A stretch of 64,000 bases of DNA, taken from the NCBI GenBank assembly GCA_963776425.1, contig CAVZMG010000005.1, positions 402,234 to 466,233 on the forward strand, in the 5' to 3' direction. Of this stretch, positions 53,253 to 61,963 are shown in pieces. Source of the DNA: an uncultured Actinomycetes bacterium (GTDB lineage Bacteria > Actinomycetota > UBA4738 > HRBIN12). The first letter of the stretch is position 1, and each line of letters opens with the position of its first letter. The notes below the pieces were generated by a model. It ran no database searches, was not told where the DNA came from, and worked only from the letters and a program-made list of their open reading frames with translations. A program made the translations under genes and the position numbers.

Positions 53253-53769
53253 CGTCTACCTCCATCACCCTGCGGAACGCGTCGCGGCCGTGGCGCGTCA
53301 ACGAGCGGATCGTCGCGTCGGTGACACCGAGCGCATCCCCCGCTTCCTTGGACGTGAACCCGAGCATCTCGGTCAGCACGAGCGCCGCGCGTTGCCGCAA
53401 CGGGAGCGTGGCGAGGACATGCCGGACGACCTGCCGGTCGTCGGCGTCGGAGAAGTCGTCGTTCGATGGCGCGAGCCCTGCGGTTCGGCGGACCGCGAGC
53501 AAGGTTCGCCGGTACCGCTTGCGGAACAGGTTCATCGCGGTCCGATAGAGGTACCCGAGTGGGTCGTCCATCCCGCCGACGCGGTCCCATCGCTCCCACA
53601 CGCTGAGGAACGCGTCCTGCATCAGCTCCTCCGCCTCGGCGCGGTTCCCGGTCACGAGCCACAGCCGCCGGAACAGGGTGCGAGCCTCGGCCTCGTAGAA
53701 GGCCTCGAAGGTGCGAGAGGCCTCGAGCTCGTCGAGCGCCCCGTCCGAGGAAAAGATCCGTTCGCTCAT
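53245..53769 (-). CDS. ECF (sigma-70 group IV) RNA polymerase sigma factor
   Basis: Starts at MSERIF…. It has region 2 (…ELMQDAFLSVW…) and a region 4 HTH. Confidence 0.85.
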   Translation of the reverse strand: MSERIFSSDGALDELEASRTFEAFYEAEARTLFRRLWLVTGNRAEAEELMQDAFLSVWERWDRVGGMDDPLGYLYRTAMNLFRKRYRRTLLAVRRTAGLAPSNDDFSDADDRQVVRHVLATLPLRQRAALVLTEMLGFTSKEAGDALGVTDATIRSLTRHGRDAFRRVMEVDDA

Positions 53770-54111
53770 GTCGGGTGTATGAACCCTCGAAACGCCCCGA
53801 ACGTGCAAGTGGGTGGTGTGGTGGGGCACGGGGGCACGGGCGCACCGTCACTGGCCGCCCCCTCGCTGCTGATCGAGGTCGGCGGCCAGATCCCCGACCC
53901 TGGTGCAACCGCCCTGATCAGGACCGTCACGGCCGTGCCGCTTTCCGTCTCCACGACCCGTGTCGCGACGCTCGTCATGTTCTCGACCGCGTCGCTCGGC
54001 CGACAAACCGGAGCGCTCACCACCTGTTCGTCCGGCGCCCGGCGGAACGAGCGGACGCACGGGCCGCGCCCCGCCAATGATCGACGGACCTCGCCCGATC
54101 CCACCGCGTCG

Positions 54112-55785
54112 TCAGACGGCGGAAGATCCGCTCTCCACCCACGCGATCGCGTCGTCGTAGGCTCGGCGAACGGTCGCGCCTACGCGTTCATCGCCGGCGT
54201 AGACACCCCCCGGACCGATCACGTCGGCGATCCCCGTGATGACGAGCTGTTCCTGGATCCGCTCGTTCGCCGACACGATCACGAGTTTCGAGCCGACAGC
54301 GGCGAGCGCGAGCGCGTACCGGTGCAGGACGTCCATGAACGTGGTGCCGAGGTCGGATCGGCCTCGCAGCCGGAGGATCACGACCGAGCGGCGTGACAGT
54401 TCCCCGACGGCCGGCAGGCCGGCCTCGAAGACGGGCGCCGCAGCGAAGAACAAGCTCCCGTAGGGCTGGAGCACGACGACCTCCGAGCCGGGAAGCTCGG
54501 CAGGCGGGTCGATCTCGATCACCGACCCGTCCGCGTCGTAGATCCGCCGGCGGATCGTCACCTCGTTCGACTGCCGGATCACGTGCAGCACGACCGAGAG
54601 TCCTACGCCGACCAGGACCGCGAATTGCAGCGGGATCAGCATGGTCAGCGCGAAGGTGACGACGAGCACGGTCTTCTGCACCGCCCCGATCCGCCACACG
54701 GAGGACAGGTCGCCCGGATTGATCGTACGGACCCCCACGAGGATCAGTAGCCCGGCGAGGGCCGGCATCGCGACGCTGCCGATCAACCCACCGAACGCGA
54801 CCATGACGACGGCCATCACGATCCCGGCGAGCACCGCCGCCTGCCGCGACCGGGCGCCGGCGGTCTTGTTCAACGCGGACGCCGACAGCGAGCCGCCCAC
54901 CGGCATGCCCTGGAAGAAGCCGGATGCGACGTTGGCGACACCCTGCCCCGTGAAGTCGCGGGACGGATCCGGGTAGGAGCCGTCGGGGTTCACGAAGTTC
55001 GCGGAGATGCCGGCGCCCTGCACGAGGCCGACGAAGGCGAGCGATAGAGCGGGCACGATCAGCACGGGGATCTGGCCAAGCAGGGGCCATGCCGGAGTCG
55101 GGAGACCGCCGACGGCGATGCCGAGGTCGTTCAGGGTCGCAACGTCGCGCCAACCGAGCGCTATCACAGCGCCGGAGGTCACAACGACCGCCACGACGAG
55201 GCCGAGGGAGCCGACGCGCGTCCGCTCGAGCAGCAGGATCAGCGCTATCGTCGACAGCCCGATCGCCATGCTCTGCCAGTGCAGCTGGCCCGGCGATACC
55301 AACGTGTTCAGTGCCCGAACGACCCGGTTCGGCCCGACCGCTGCGTAGCCGGTCAAGTTCGCGAGTTGACCGAGCACGATGTTGACGCCGACGGCGTTGA
55401 TGAACCCGACCATCACCGCGTTCGAGACGAACCGCAGCAGGGAACCGAGCTTCAGGAGCCCGGCCGCGAGCATGACGATCCCGGTGAGGATCGCCAGTGT
55501 GAACAGTGCGCGAGCGCCGCCTTCGGACGCGTGCACGACGGGAACGTCCGCGATCACGATCGCCATCGCGCCGGTGCCTTGGACGACCATGAAGGCAGAT
55601 GACGTTGCCACTGCGCCGACGATCGTGCCCACCAGGTAGCCGTATAGCCCGGCGAGCGGGCTGATGCCCGCGAGCAGGCCGGCCGCCAACCCGTCAGGCA
55701 CGCTCTGCACGCCCAGCACGAGCCCGGCCACGGCGTCCTCCCGTAGCGTCCCGCGGCGTAGCCGGATGCCTCTCCTACGCGTCAA
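54112..55785 (-). CDS. SulP-family inorganic anion (sulfate) transporter with C-terminal STAS domain
   Basis: 557 aa, 10-12 TM helices and a STAS domain. Confidence 0.88.
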   Translation of the reverse strand: MTRRRGIRLRRGTLREDAVAGLVLGVQSVPDGLAAGLLAGISPLAGLYGYLVGTIVGAVATSSAFMVVQGTGAMAIVIADVPVVHASEGGARALFTLAILTGIVMLAAGLLKLGSLLRFVSNAVMVGFINAVGVNIVLGQLANLTGYAAVGPNRVVRALNTLVSPGQLHWQSMAIGLSTIALILLLERTRVGSLGLVVAVVVTSGAVIALGWRDVATLNDLGIAVGGLPTPAWPLLGQIPVLIVPALSLAFVGLVQGAGISANFVNPDGSYPDPSRDFTGQGVANVASGFFQGMPVGGSLSASALNKTAGARSRQAAVLAGIVMAVVMVAFGGLIGSVAMPALAGLLILVGVRTINPGDLSSVWRIGAVQKTVLVVTFALTMLIPLQFAVLVGVGLSVVLHVIRQSNEVTIRRRIYDADGSVIEIDPPAELPGSEVVVLQPYGSLFFAAAPVFEAGLPAVGELSRRSVVILRLRGRSDLGTTFMDVLHRYALALAAVGSKLVIVSANERIQEQLVITGIADVIGPGGVYAGDERVGATVRRAYDDAIAWVESGSSAV

Positions 55786-55998
55786 GCGATCCGCGTCCCA
55801 ACGATGTCACCGGCTCCGATCGGATGATCCTCGCGCCCAGCAGGCTCCATGACGGTCGGGTTACTCATGTTGGAACGGTATCCGGTCCCGCCGGTGGAGC
55901 GACCGCCGCACGACGAACCGAGGTGCGCGCCACGTCCGGAGAAGGCTTCGAGGTTCTGAGATGTCAGGTGCCTCAGTCCTGAGAACACCCCGTCGTCG

Positions 55999-56080
55999 TG
56001 GGAGGAGGAGGATTCGAACCTCCGTAGGCTACGCCGGCGATTTTACAGACCGCTCCCTTTGGCCACTCGGGCATCCTCCC
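55999..56080 (-). tRNA. tRNA-Tyr (anticodon GTA), class II with long variable arm
   Basis: Folded by hand: acceptor GGGAGGA/TCCTCCC, anticodon loop CTGTAAA, long variable arm, T-loop TTCGAAT. Confidence 0.8.
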
Positions 56081-56137
56081 GGGAGCCGACATGGTAGCGA
56101 ACGGCACCGACCGACGGTCGGCGGTATCCTCAGCCGC

Positions 56138-56635
56138 ATGGCGAAGGACCAGTTCTCGTTCGACATCGTGTCCGAGGTCGACATGCAGGAGGTACGCAAC
56201 GCGGTGGATCAGGCGGGCCGCGAGATCTCGCAGCGGTTCGATTTCAAAGGCACCGAGACCGGCCTCTCCCAGGACGCTACGACGATCGAGCTGCGCTCCT
56301 CGACCGAGGATCGCCTCAAGGCGGCGCTGCAGGTCCTGAAGGAGAAAGCGATCAAGCGGAACATCCCGCTGAAGGCACTGTCCGAAGGCGAGATCCACCC
56401 TGCGGCCAAAGGACACGTGCGCCAGGCCATCACGGTGATCACGGGGATCTCCGACGAGAAGACGAAGGAGATCACCAAGTTCCTCAAGGGCAGCGGCCTG
56501 AAGGTGCAGACCCAGATCCAGGGGGAGCAGGTTCGGGTGCTCGGCAAGAGCAAGGACGACCTGCAGGGTGCGATCCGGGCGGTCAAGGAGCACGACTTCG
56601 GCCTCGCCCTGCAGTTCACGAACTACCGCCCGTAG
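56138..56635 (+). CDS. yajQ: YajQ-family (UPF0234) nucleotide/c-di-GMP-binding protein
   Basis: 165 aa from MAKDQFSFDIVSEVDMQEV…. Confidence 0.85.
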   Translation: MAKDQFSFDIVSEVDMQEVRNAVDQAGREISQRFDFKGTETGLSQDATTIELRSSTEDRLKAALQVLKEKAIKRNIPLKALSEGEIHPAAKGHVRQAITVITGISDEKTKEITKFLKGSGLKVQTQIQGEQVRVLGKSKDDLQGAIRAVKEHDFGLALQFTNYRP

Positions 56636-56703
56636 CCACGGCGCGAACAACCCTCGGATTGCTTCCGGCGTAGCCCTCCAGGTACGCTGACCAGCCTCAG
56701 GAG

Positions 56704-58098
56704 GTGATACGCGTGGCTGACCTCGAACGCCTCAAGGCACGCGCGGCGGAGATCGCCGAGAAGGAATCGAATGTGTGGCTCGGACGGACGCCGGGCTCCA
56801 AGGCCCTGCACGAACGAGCGATCAAGAGCATGCCGAACGGCGTGGCCTCGAACTTCCAGGCGGGCGACCCCTACCCCGTGTACCTGCAGCGCGGGTCGGG
56901 CTCTCGGGTCTGGGATGTCGACGGGACCGAGTACACCGACTTCCACGGTGGGTTCGGGGTGAACGTCGTCGGCCACGCGCATCCGGTGATCGTGGAGGCG
57001 ATCCGCAAGGTCGCCGATCAGGGGATCCACTTCGCGGTCACGACCGAGGCGACGGTGGCGCTCGCGGAAGAGATCTGCTCCCGCTTCCAACTCGAGCAGA
57101 TGCGCTTCGTGAACTCCGGGACCGAGGCCACGATGGACGCCCTCCGGGTCGCCCGCGCGGCCACCGGGCGAGACAAGATCATCAAGATGGAAGGCTCGTA
57201 CCACGGTCACCACGACTCGGTGCTCTTCTCGGTCGTGCCCGAAGCGGAGGTGCTCGGGCTCCGACATGGCGTGGAGCACGGGACCAAGGCCTGGTACACG
57301 ACGGAACCCACGTCGAAGGGCGTCCCACGCGAACTGTGGGAAACGGTGATCGTGGTGCCGTTCAACGACGCCGCTGCGGTCGAGGAGGCGTTCGCGGATC
57401 ATCCGGGCGAGGTGGCTGCGGTGATCCTCGAGCCGGTGATGATGAACATCGGCCTCGTCGTCCCCCAGGCCGGATACCTCCAGGCGCTGCGCGACGCGTG
57501 CGACAAGCACGGCGCCGTGCTGATCTACGACGAGGTGAAGTGCGGTGGGACGATCGCGTACGGCGGCACCACCGAGCGCTTCGGTGTGCGCCCGCACATG
57601 GCGGCGTACGCGAAGGCGGTCGGAGGCGGCGCCACGATCGGGGCGTTCGGCGGTGAGGCGCGCCTCATGGAATGGGTGACGAAGGGTGCCGCGCAGCAGG
57701 GAACGTTCAACGGCAACCCGCTCTCCGTCGCCGCGGGCCTCGCGGCGCTGACGAAGGTGCTGACCAAGGACTCCTACGACCAGCTAGGCAAGCTCGGCAC
57801 GATGCTCGCCGAGGGTTGCCAGCGGGCGATGGACGAGAACGACATCCCGGGCCACACGATGGACCTCGGAGCGAAGGGCTGCGTGTCGTACCGCAAGGAG
57901 CCCCTCACGAACTACCGAGACTTCTTGGAGACGGTGCCGGAGTTCTTCTACGCGTCCTACTCCTGGATGGTCAACCGCGGCATCTTCATGACGCCGGGCG
58001 ACGAGGAACAGTGGACGATCTCGGTGCAGCACGACGAGGACGACGTCCGGACCTACGTCGAGGCCTTCGGGGAGTTCTGCGCGGAGCTCGCCAGCTAA
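56704..58098 (+). CDS. class-III PLP aminotransferase, glutamate-1-semialdehyde 2,1-aminomutase (HemL)-like
   Basis: 464 aa with a GTG start. Motifs are close to HemL (…GRDKIIKMEGSYHGHHD…, …GTFNGNPLSVAAG…). Confidence 0.8.
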   Translation: MIRVADLERLKARAAEIAEKESNVWLGRTPGSKALHERAIKSMPNGVASNFQAGDPYPVYLQRGSGSRVWDVDGTEYTDFHGGFGVNVVGHAHPVIVEAIRKVADQGIHFAVTTEATVALAEEICSRFQLEQMRFVNSGTEATMDALRVARAATGRDKIIKMEGSYHGHHDSVLFSVVPEAEVLGLRHGVEHGTKAWYTTEPTSKGVPRELWETVIVVPFNDAAAVEEAFADHPGEVAAVILEPVMMNIGLVVPQAGYLQALRDACDKHGAVLIYDEVKCGGTIAYGGTTERFGVRPHMAAYAKAVGGGATIGAFGGEARLMEWVTKGAAQQGTFNGNPLSVAAGLAALTKVLTKDSYDQLGKLGTMLAEGCQRAMDENDIPGHTMDLGAKGCVSYRKEPLTNYRDFLETVPEFFYASYSWMVNRGIFMTPGDEEQWTISVQHDEDDVRTYVEAFGEFCAELAS

Positions 58099-58176
58099 CG
58101 AAGCAACGAGCAGCACGAGCGGGGCCGGCCGAGGCCGGCCCCGCATCGTGTCCGGGGTCGGCGGGAGGGTGCCGGG

Positions 58177-59529
58177 GTGGACCTGCACACGTACACGGAA
58201 GAGACCGGCGAACTGGCGCGCGCGATCGAGGCGTACGCGCGCGATCGGATCGCGGATCCGCAGCCGCTCGATCGGGTCGTGTCGGCAGAAGAACTGGATG
58301 CTGCCGCCGGTGCCACGATCTCGTCCGCGGGGATCGGGTGGCAGGAGGCACTGCGGATCTGGGCCGACGTCCTCGCACCCGCGACGATCTCGACCGACCA
58401 CCCCGCCTCGTTCGCGTTCGTCCCCGGAGCACCGACGAAGGCGTCGGCGCTCTTCGACCTGATCGTCGGCGCCTCGTCGACGATCGCGGCGGGTTGGATC
58501 GACGGAGCCGGCGCGATCTGGGCCGAGAATCAAGCGCTCCGATGGCTCGCCGATCTCGCCGGCTTCCCGCCGGAGGCGGGAGGCGTCTTCGTCTCGGGCG
58601 GCTCCGCGGGGAACCTCTCCGCATTGGTCACGGCACGGCATACGGCGTCGGTCCGGCGAGGCAGCCGCCCGGAACGGTGGCGTTTCGCCGCCTGCGACAC
58701 GGTCCACTCGAGCGTGGCGGCCGCGGCCCGCGTGATGGACGTCGACATCCTGACGGTCCCGCATGACGAGCGCGGCCGGCTCACGGGAGACAGGTTGCGT
58801 GACTCGCTCGCGAGCGACGGAGGCGACGGTGTCTTCGCGGTCGTCGCGAGCGCTGGGGCGACGAACGCGGGAACGGTTGACGACCTCACCGGCATCGCGG
58901 ATGTCGCGACCGACCACGATCTGTGGTTCCACGTGGACGGCGCGTACGGCGGCGGTGGTCTGCTCGCACCCTCGGTCCGCCACCTCTACGACGGGATCGA
59001 GAGGGCCGATTCGTACATCGTCGATCCTCACAAGTGGCTCTTCGCGCCGTACGACGCGTGCGGCCTCTTGTACCGAGAGCCGGACCTCGCGCTGGCGGCG
59101 CACCGCCAGACCGCCTCCTACCTGGACACCGCGCACTCAGCGCCCGACTGGAACCCCGCCGACTACGCATATCACCTGTCACGGCGCGCGCGCGGACTGC
59201 CCCTATGGTTCTCGCTCGCCACCTACGGCACCGACGCGTACCGGGACGCCGTCGAGACGGTCCTGGCGCTCACGAAGGAGACCGCCGCGGCGATCGCTGC
59301 GGATCCGGTGTTCGAGCTGATCATGGATCCGGACCTGTCCGTCGTCCTGTTCCGCCGCCTCGACTGGGCCTCGGAGGACTACGAGGCGTGCTGGCGCCAA
59401 CTCCTGGACGAGCAGATCGCGTTCGTGCAACCGACGTCCTGGGAGGGCGAGAAGGTCATGCGGCTGTGCTTCATCAACCCCCGGACGACGATGGACCACG
59501 TGCGCGCGGTGTTCACCGCGATGGCCTAG
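58177..59529 (+). CDS. group II PLP-dependent amino-acid decarboxylase (DABA/aromatic/Asp-decarboxylase family)
   Basis: 450 aa. The PLP-Lys motif SYIVDPHKWLFAPYDACGLL is present. Confidence 0.8.
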   Translation: MDLHTYTEETGELARAIEAYARDRIADPQPLDRVVSAEELDAAAGATISSAGIGWQEALRIWADVLAPATISTDHPASFAFVPGAPTKASALFDLIVGASSTIAAGWIDGAGAIWAENQALRWLADLAGFPPEAGGVFVSGGSAGNLSALVTARHTASVRRGSRPERWRFAACDTVHSSVAAAARVMDVDILTVPHDERGRLTGDRLRDSLASDGGDGVFAVVASAGATNAGTVDDLTGIADVATDHDLWFHVDGAYGGGGLLAPSVRHLYDGIERADSYIVDPHKWLFAPYDACGLLYREPDLALAAHRQTASYLDTAHSAPDWNPADYAYHLSRRARGLPLWFSLATYGTDAYRDAVETVLALTKETAAAIAADPVFELIMDPDLSVVLFRRLDWASEDYEACWRQLLDEQIAFVQPTSWEGEKVMRLCFINPRTTMDHVRAVFTAMA

Positions 59530-59533
59530 CCGC

Positions 59534-60412
59534 CTAACCGGTCGGCGCGCCGAGCTGACGGGCGATCGCGTCGAGTCGCTCGATCCGGCGCTCCGTGGGC
59601 GGGTGCGTCGAGAACAGGTTCCCGAACCCGGAGCCACGCCGAGCGGTGAGCGGGTTCATGATGAACAGGTGGGCCTCGGCCGGGTTCAAGCTGGCCGGCG
59701 GCGGGACCTGCCGGGTCGTCACCTCGAGCTTACGCAGCGCGCTCGCGAGCGCGGCGGGATCGTGCGACAGGTAGGCGCCCGATTCGTCGGCCTGGTACTC
59801 GCGCGAGCGGGAGACGGCCATCTGGATGATCGCCGCTGCGATGGGCGCCAGGATCCACGCGAACAGGACCCCGAAGCCGCCCCCGCGCCGATCGCCGCCA
59901 CCACCGAAGAACAGCGCGAACCGCGCGAGGAACGTGATGCTCATGCCGATCGCCGCTGCGACCGACCCGATCAGGATGTCGCGGTTCCGCACGTGGGAGA
60001 GCTCGTGCGCAAGGACGCCCCGGAGCTCGCGCTCATCGAGGATCTGCAGGATGCCCTTCGTGACCGCGACCGATGCGTGGTTCGGGTTCCGGCCGGTCGC
60101 GAATGCGTTCGGCTGCGCCATGTCCGACACGAAGATCCTGGGCATCGGCATCTGCTCCAGCTGGGTCAGCTCGCGGACGACCCGGTAGAGCTGCGGATAC
60201 TCCTGCTCCGTCACCGGCTTCGAGTGCGTCGTCGCGATCGCGATCCGGTCGGAGAACCAGTACATCGAGGCGTTGAAGACGAGCGCGATCCCGAGCGCGA
60301 GGACCGCGCCGCTCGACCCGCCCAGCCACGCACCCACGAGGACGAACAACCCGCCGAGAGCGGCGATCAGGGTCCAGGTCTTCAAGCGATTGATACCGGC
60401 GGTCATCGTCAC
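59534..60412 (-). CDS. htpX: zinc metalloprotease HtpX
   Basis: 292 aa with HELSH…E and TM helices. Confidence 0.88.
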   Translation of the reverse strand: MTMTAGINRLKTWTLIAALGGLFVLVGAWLGGSSGAVLALGIALVFNASMYWFSDRIAIATTHSKPVTEQEYPQLYRVVRELTQLEQMPMPRIFVSDMAQPNAFATGRNPNHASVAVTKGILQILDERELRGVLAHELSHVRNRDILIGSVAAAIGMSITFLARFALFFGGGGDRRGGGFGVLFAWILAPIAAAIIQMAVSRSREYQADESGAYLSHDPAALASALRKLEVTTRQVPPPASLNPAEAHLFIMNPLTARRGSGFGNLFSTHPPTERRIERLDAIARQLGAPTG

Positions 60413-60499
60413 ATCCCTCCTATGAGAGCCATGCTCTCACGGAGGGTTCGATACGACGCCTCGTCGGGTTCGGGCTCTCGGCCGATCCTCAGGGTTCGC

Positions 60500-61963
60500 T
60501 CAGCCGCCGATCAGCGTGGAGAGATCCGCCGCCCGCGCGATCGGGTTCGGGAACACGAAGATCGCCACGATCGCGACGAGCGCGAACGCGACGACCGCGT
60601 TCACGAGCCACGACGACCGCAACGCGGACTCGTCGGCGGCCGGCTCGAGGATCATCTGCTTGGGCACCGCGAAGTAGTACGCCACGCTGATCACCGAGTT
60701 CACGAGCATGATCACCGCGAGCGTGACCCCGATCCCGCCCCGGTCGATCGCGGCCTTGAAGATCAAGATCTTGGCCCAGAACCCGCCGGTGGGGGGCACG
60801 CCGGCCAGCGAGATCATGAACGCGGTCATGCCGACGGCCAAGAGTGGTGCCCGCCGAACCAGCCCGGCGAAGTCGCTGATCAACAGGGACGGTTCCCGTC
60901 GGCTGACGGCGATCGTCACCGCGAACGCTCCGAGGTTCATCACGCCGTAGATCAGGATGTACGTGACGGACGCAGAGAACGCCTGATGGTTGACGGCCGC
61001 GTCGGCCGACACCAAGGCGAACGGCAGCAGGATGTACCCCGACTGTGCGATCCCCGAGTAGGCCAGGAGGCGAACCACCTGCGTCTGTTTCAGAGCGACG
61101 AGGTTGCCGAGCGTCATCGTCGCGATCGAGAGCGCCGCGAAGATCGGAGCCCAGAACGCGTACTCGTGGATGAACGCCACGAACATCAGTTGCAGCAACC
61201 CGGCGAACCCCGCAGCGCTCGAAGCCACCGCGAGGAACGCCGCTACGGGCACAGGAGCGCCCTCGTACGTGTCCGGCGCCCAGAACTGGAACGGGACCGC
61301 CGAGACCTTGAAGGCGAACCCGATGACGACGAACAGGATCGCCGAGAGCGCCAGGGTCTCCTCCCCCGCGGTGAGGTGAGCGAGTCCGCGGGCGATCGCG
61401 TCCAACCGGGTCGACCCCGTCAGCCCGTAGATCAGGCTCATGCCGTACAGCATCACGGCCGTCGACAGGACCCCGATCAGGAAGAACTTGAGCCCCGCTT
61501 CGTTCGACTTCGGGTCCCGTTTGCGGAACGCTGCCATCAGGAACCCCGGCGCCGAGACGAGCTCGAGCGCGATGAACAACAGGAGCAGGTCGCGCGACGA
61601 GGGCATCATCAAGCAGCCCAAGAACGACGTGAGGAGCAGGAAGTAGTACTCGCCCTGGTAGAAGCCGCCTTCCTTCACGTAGCGGAGCGAGATGGCAAGC
61701 ACCACGACCGCGACCGTGAGGAAGAAGATCTTGAACAGGATCGCGAAGTTGTCGATCACGTAGGCCCCGCTGAACGTCACGCGTGGATGGCTGATCAACG
61801 TGAGGGTCGCGATCAACGCTGCCACCACGCCCACCAACGCGACGCCCATGGACCAGGACTTGCGCTTCGCGGGCAGGAACACGTCCACCACCAGAACGAG
61901 CAGGATCGTGCCGGAGAGGATCAGCTCCGGCAAGATCGCGTGGTAGTCGATCAGCTGGTTCAT
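60500..61963 (-). CDS. nuoN: NADH-quinone oxidoreductase subunit N
   Basis: Starts at MNQLIDY… (the ATG overlaps the nuoM stop). The longer track N-terminus is rejected. Confidence 0.9.
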   Translation of the reverse strand: MNQLIDYHAILPELILSGTILLVLVVDVFLPAKRKSWSMGVALVGVVAALIATLTLISHPRVTFSGAYVIDNFAILFKIFFLTVAVVVLAISLRYVKEGGFYQGEYYFLLLTSFLGCLMMPSSRDLLLLFIALELVSAPGFLMAAFRKRDPKSNEAGLKFFLIGVLSTAVMLYGMSLIYGLTGSTRLDAIARGLAHLTAGEETLALSAILFVVIGFAFKVSAVPFQFWAPDTYEGAPVPVAAFLAVASSAAGFAGLLQLMFVAFIHEYAFWAPIFAALSIATMTLGNLVALKQTQVVRLLAYSGIAQSGYILLPFALVSADAAVNHQAFSASVTYILIYGVMNLGAFAVTIAVSRREPSLLISDFAGLVRRAPLLAVGMTAFMISLAGVPPTGGFWAKILIFKAAIDRGGIGVTLAVIMLVNSVISVAYYFAVPKQMILEPAADESALRSSWLVNAVVAFALVAIVAIFVFPNPIARAADLSTLIGG

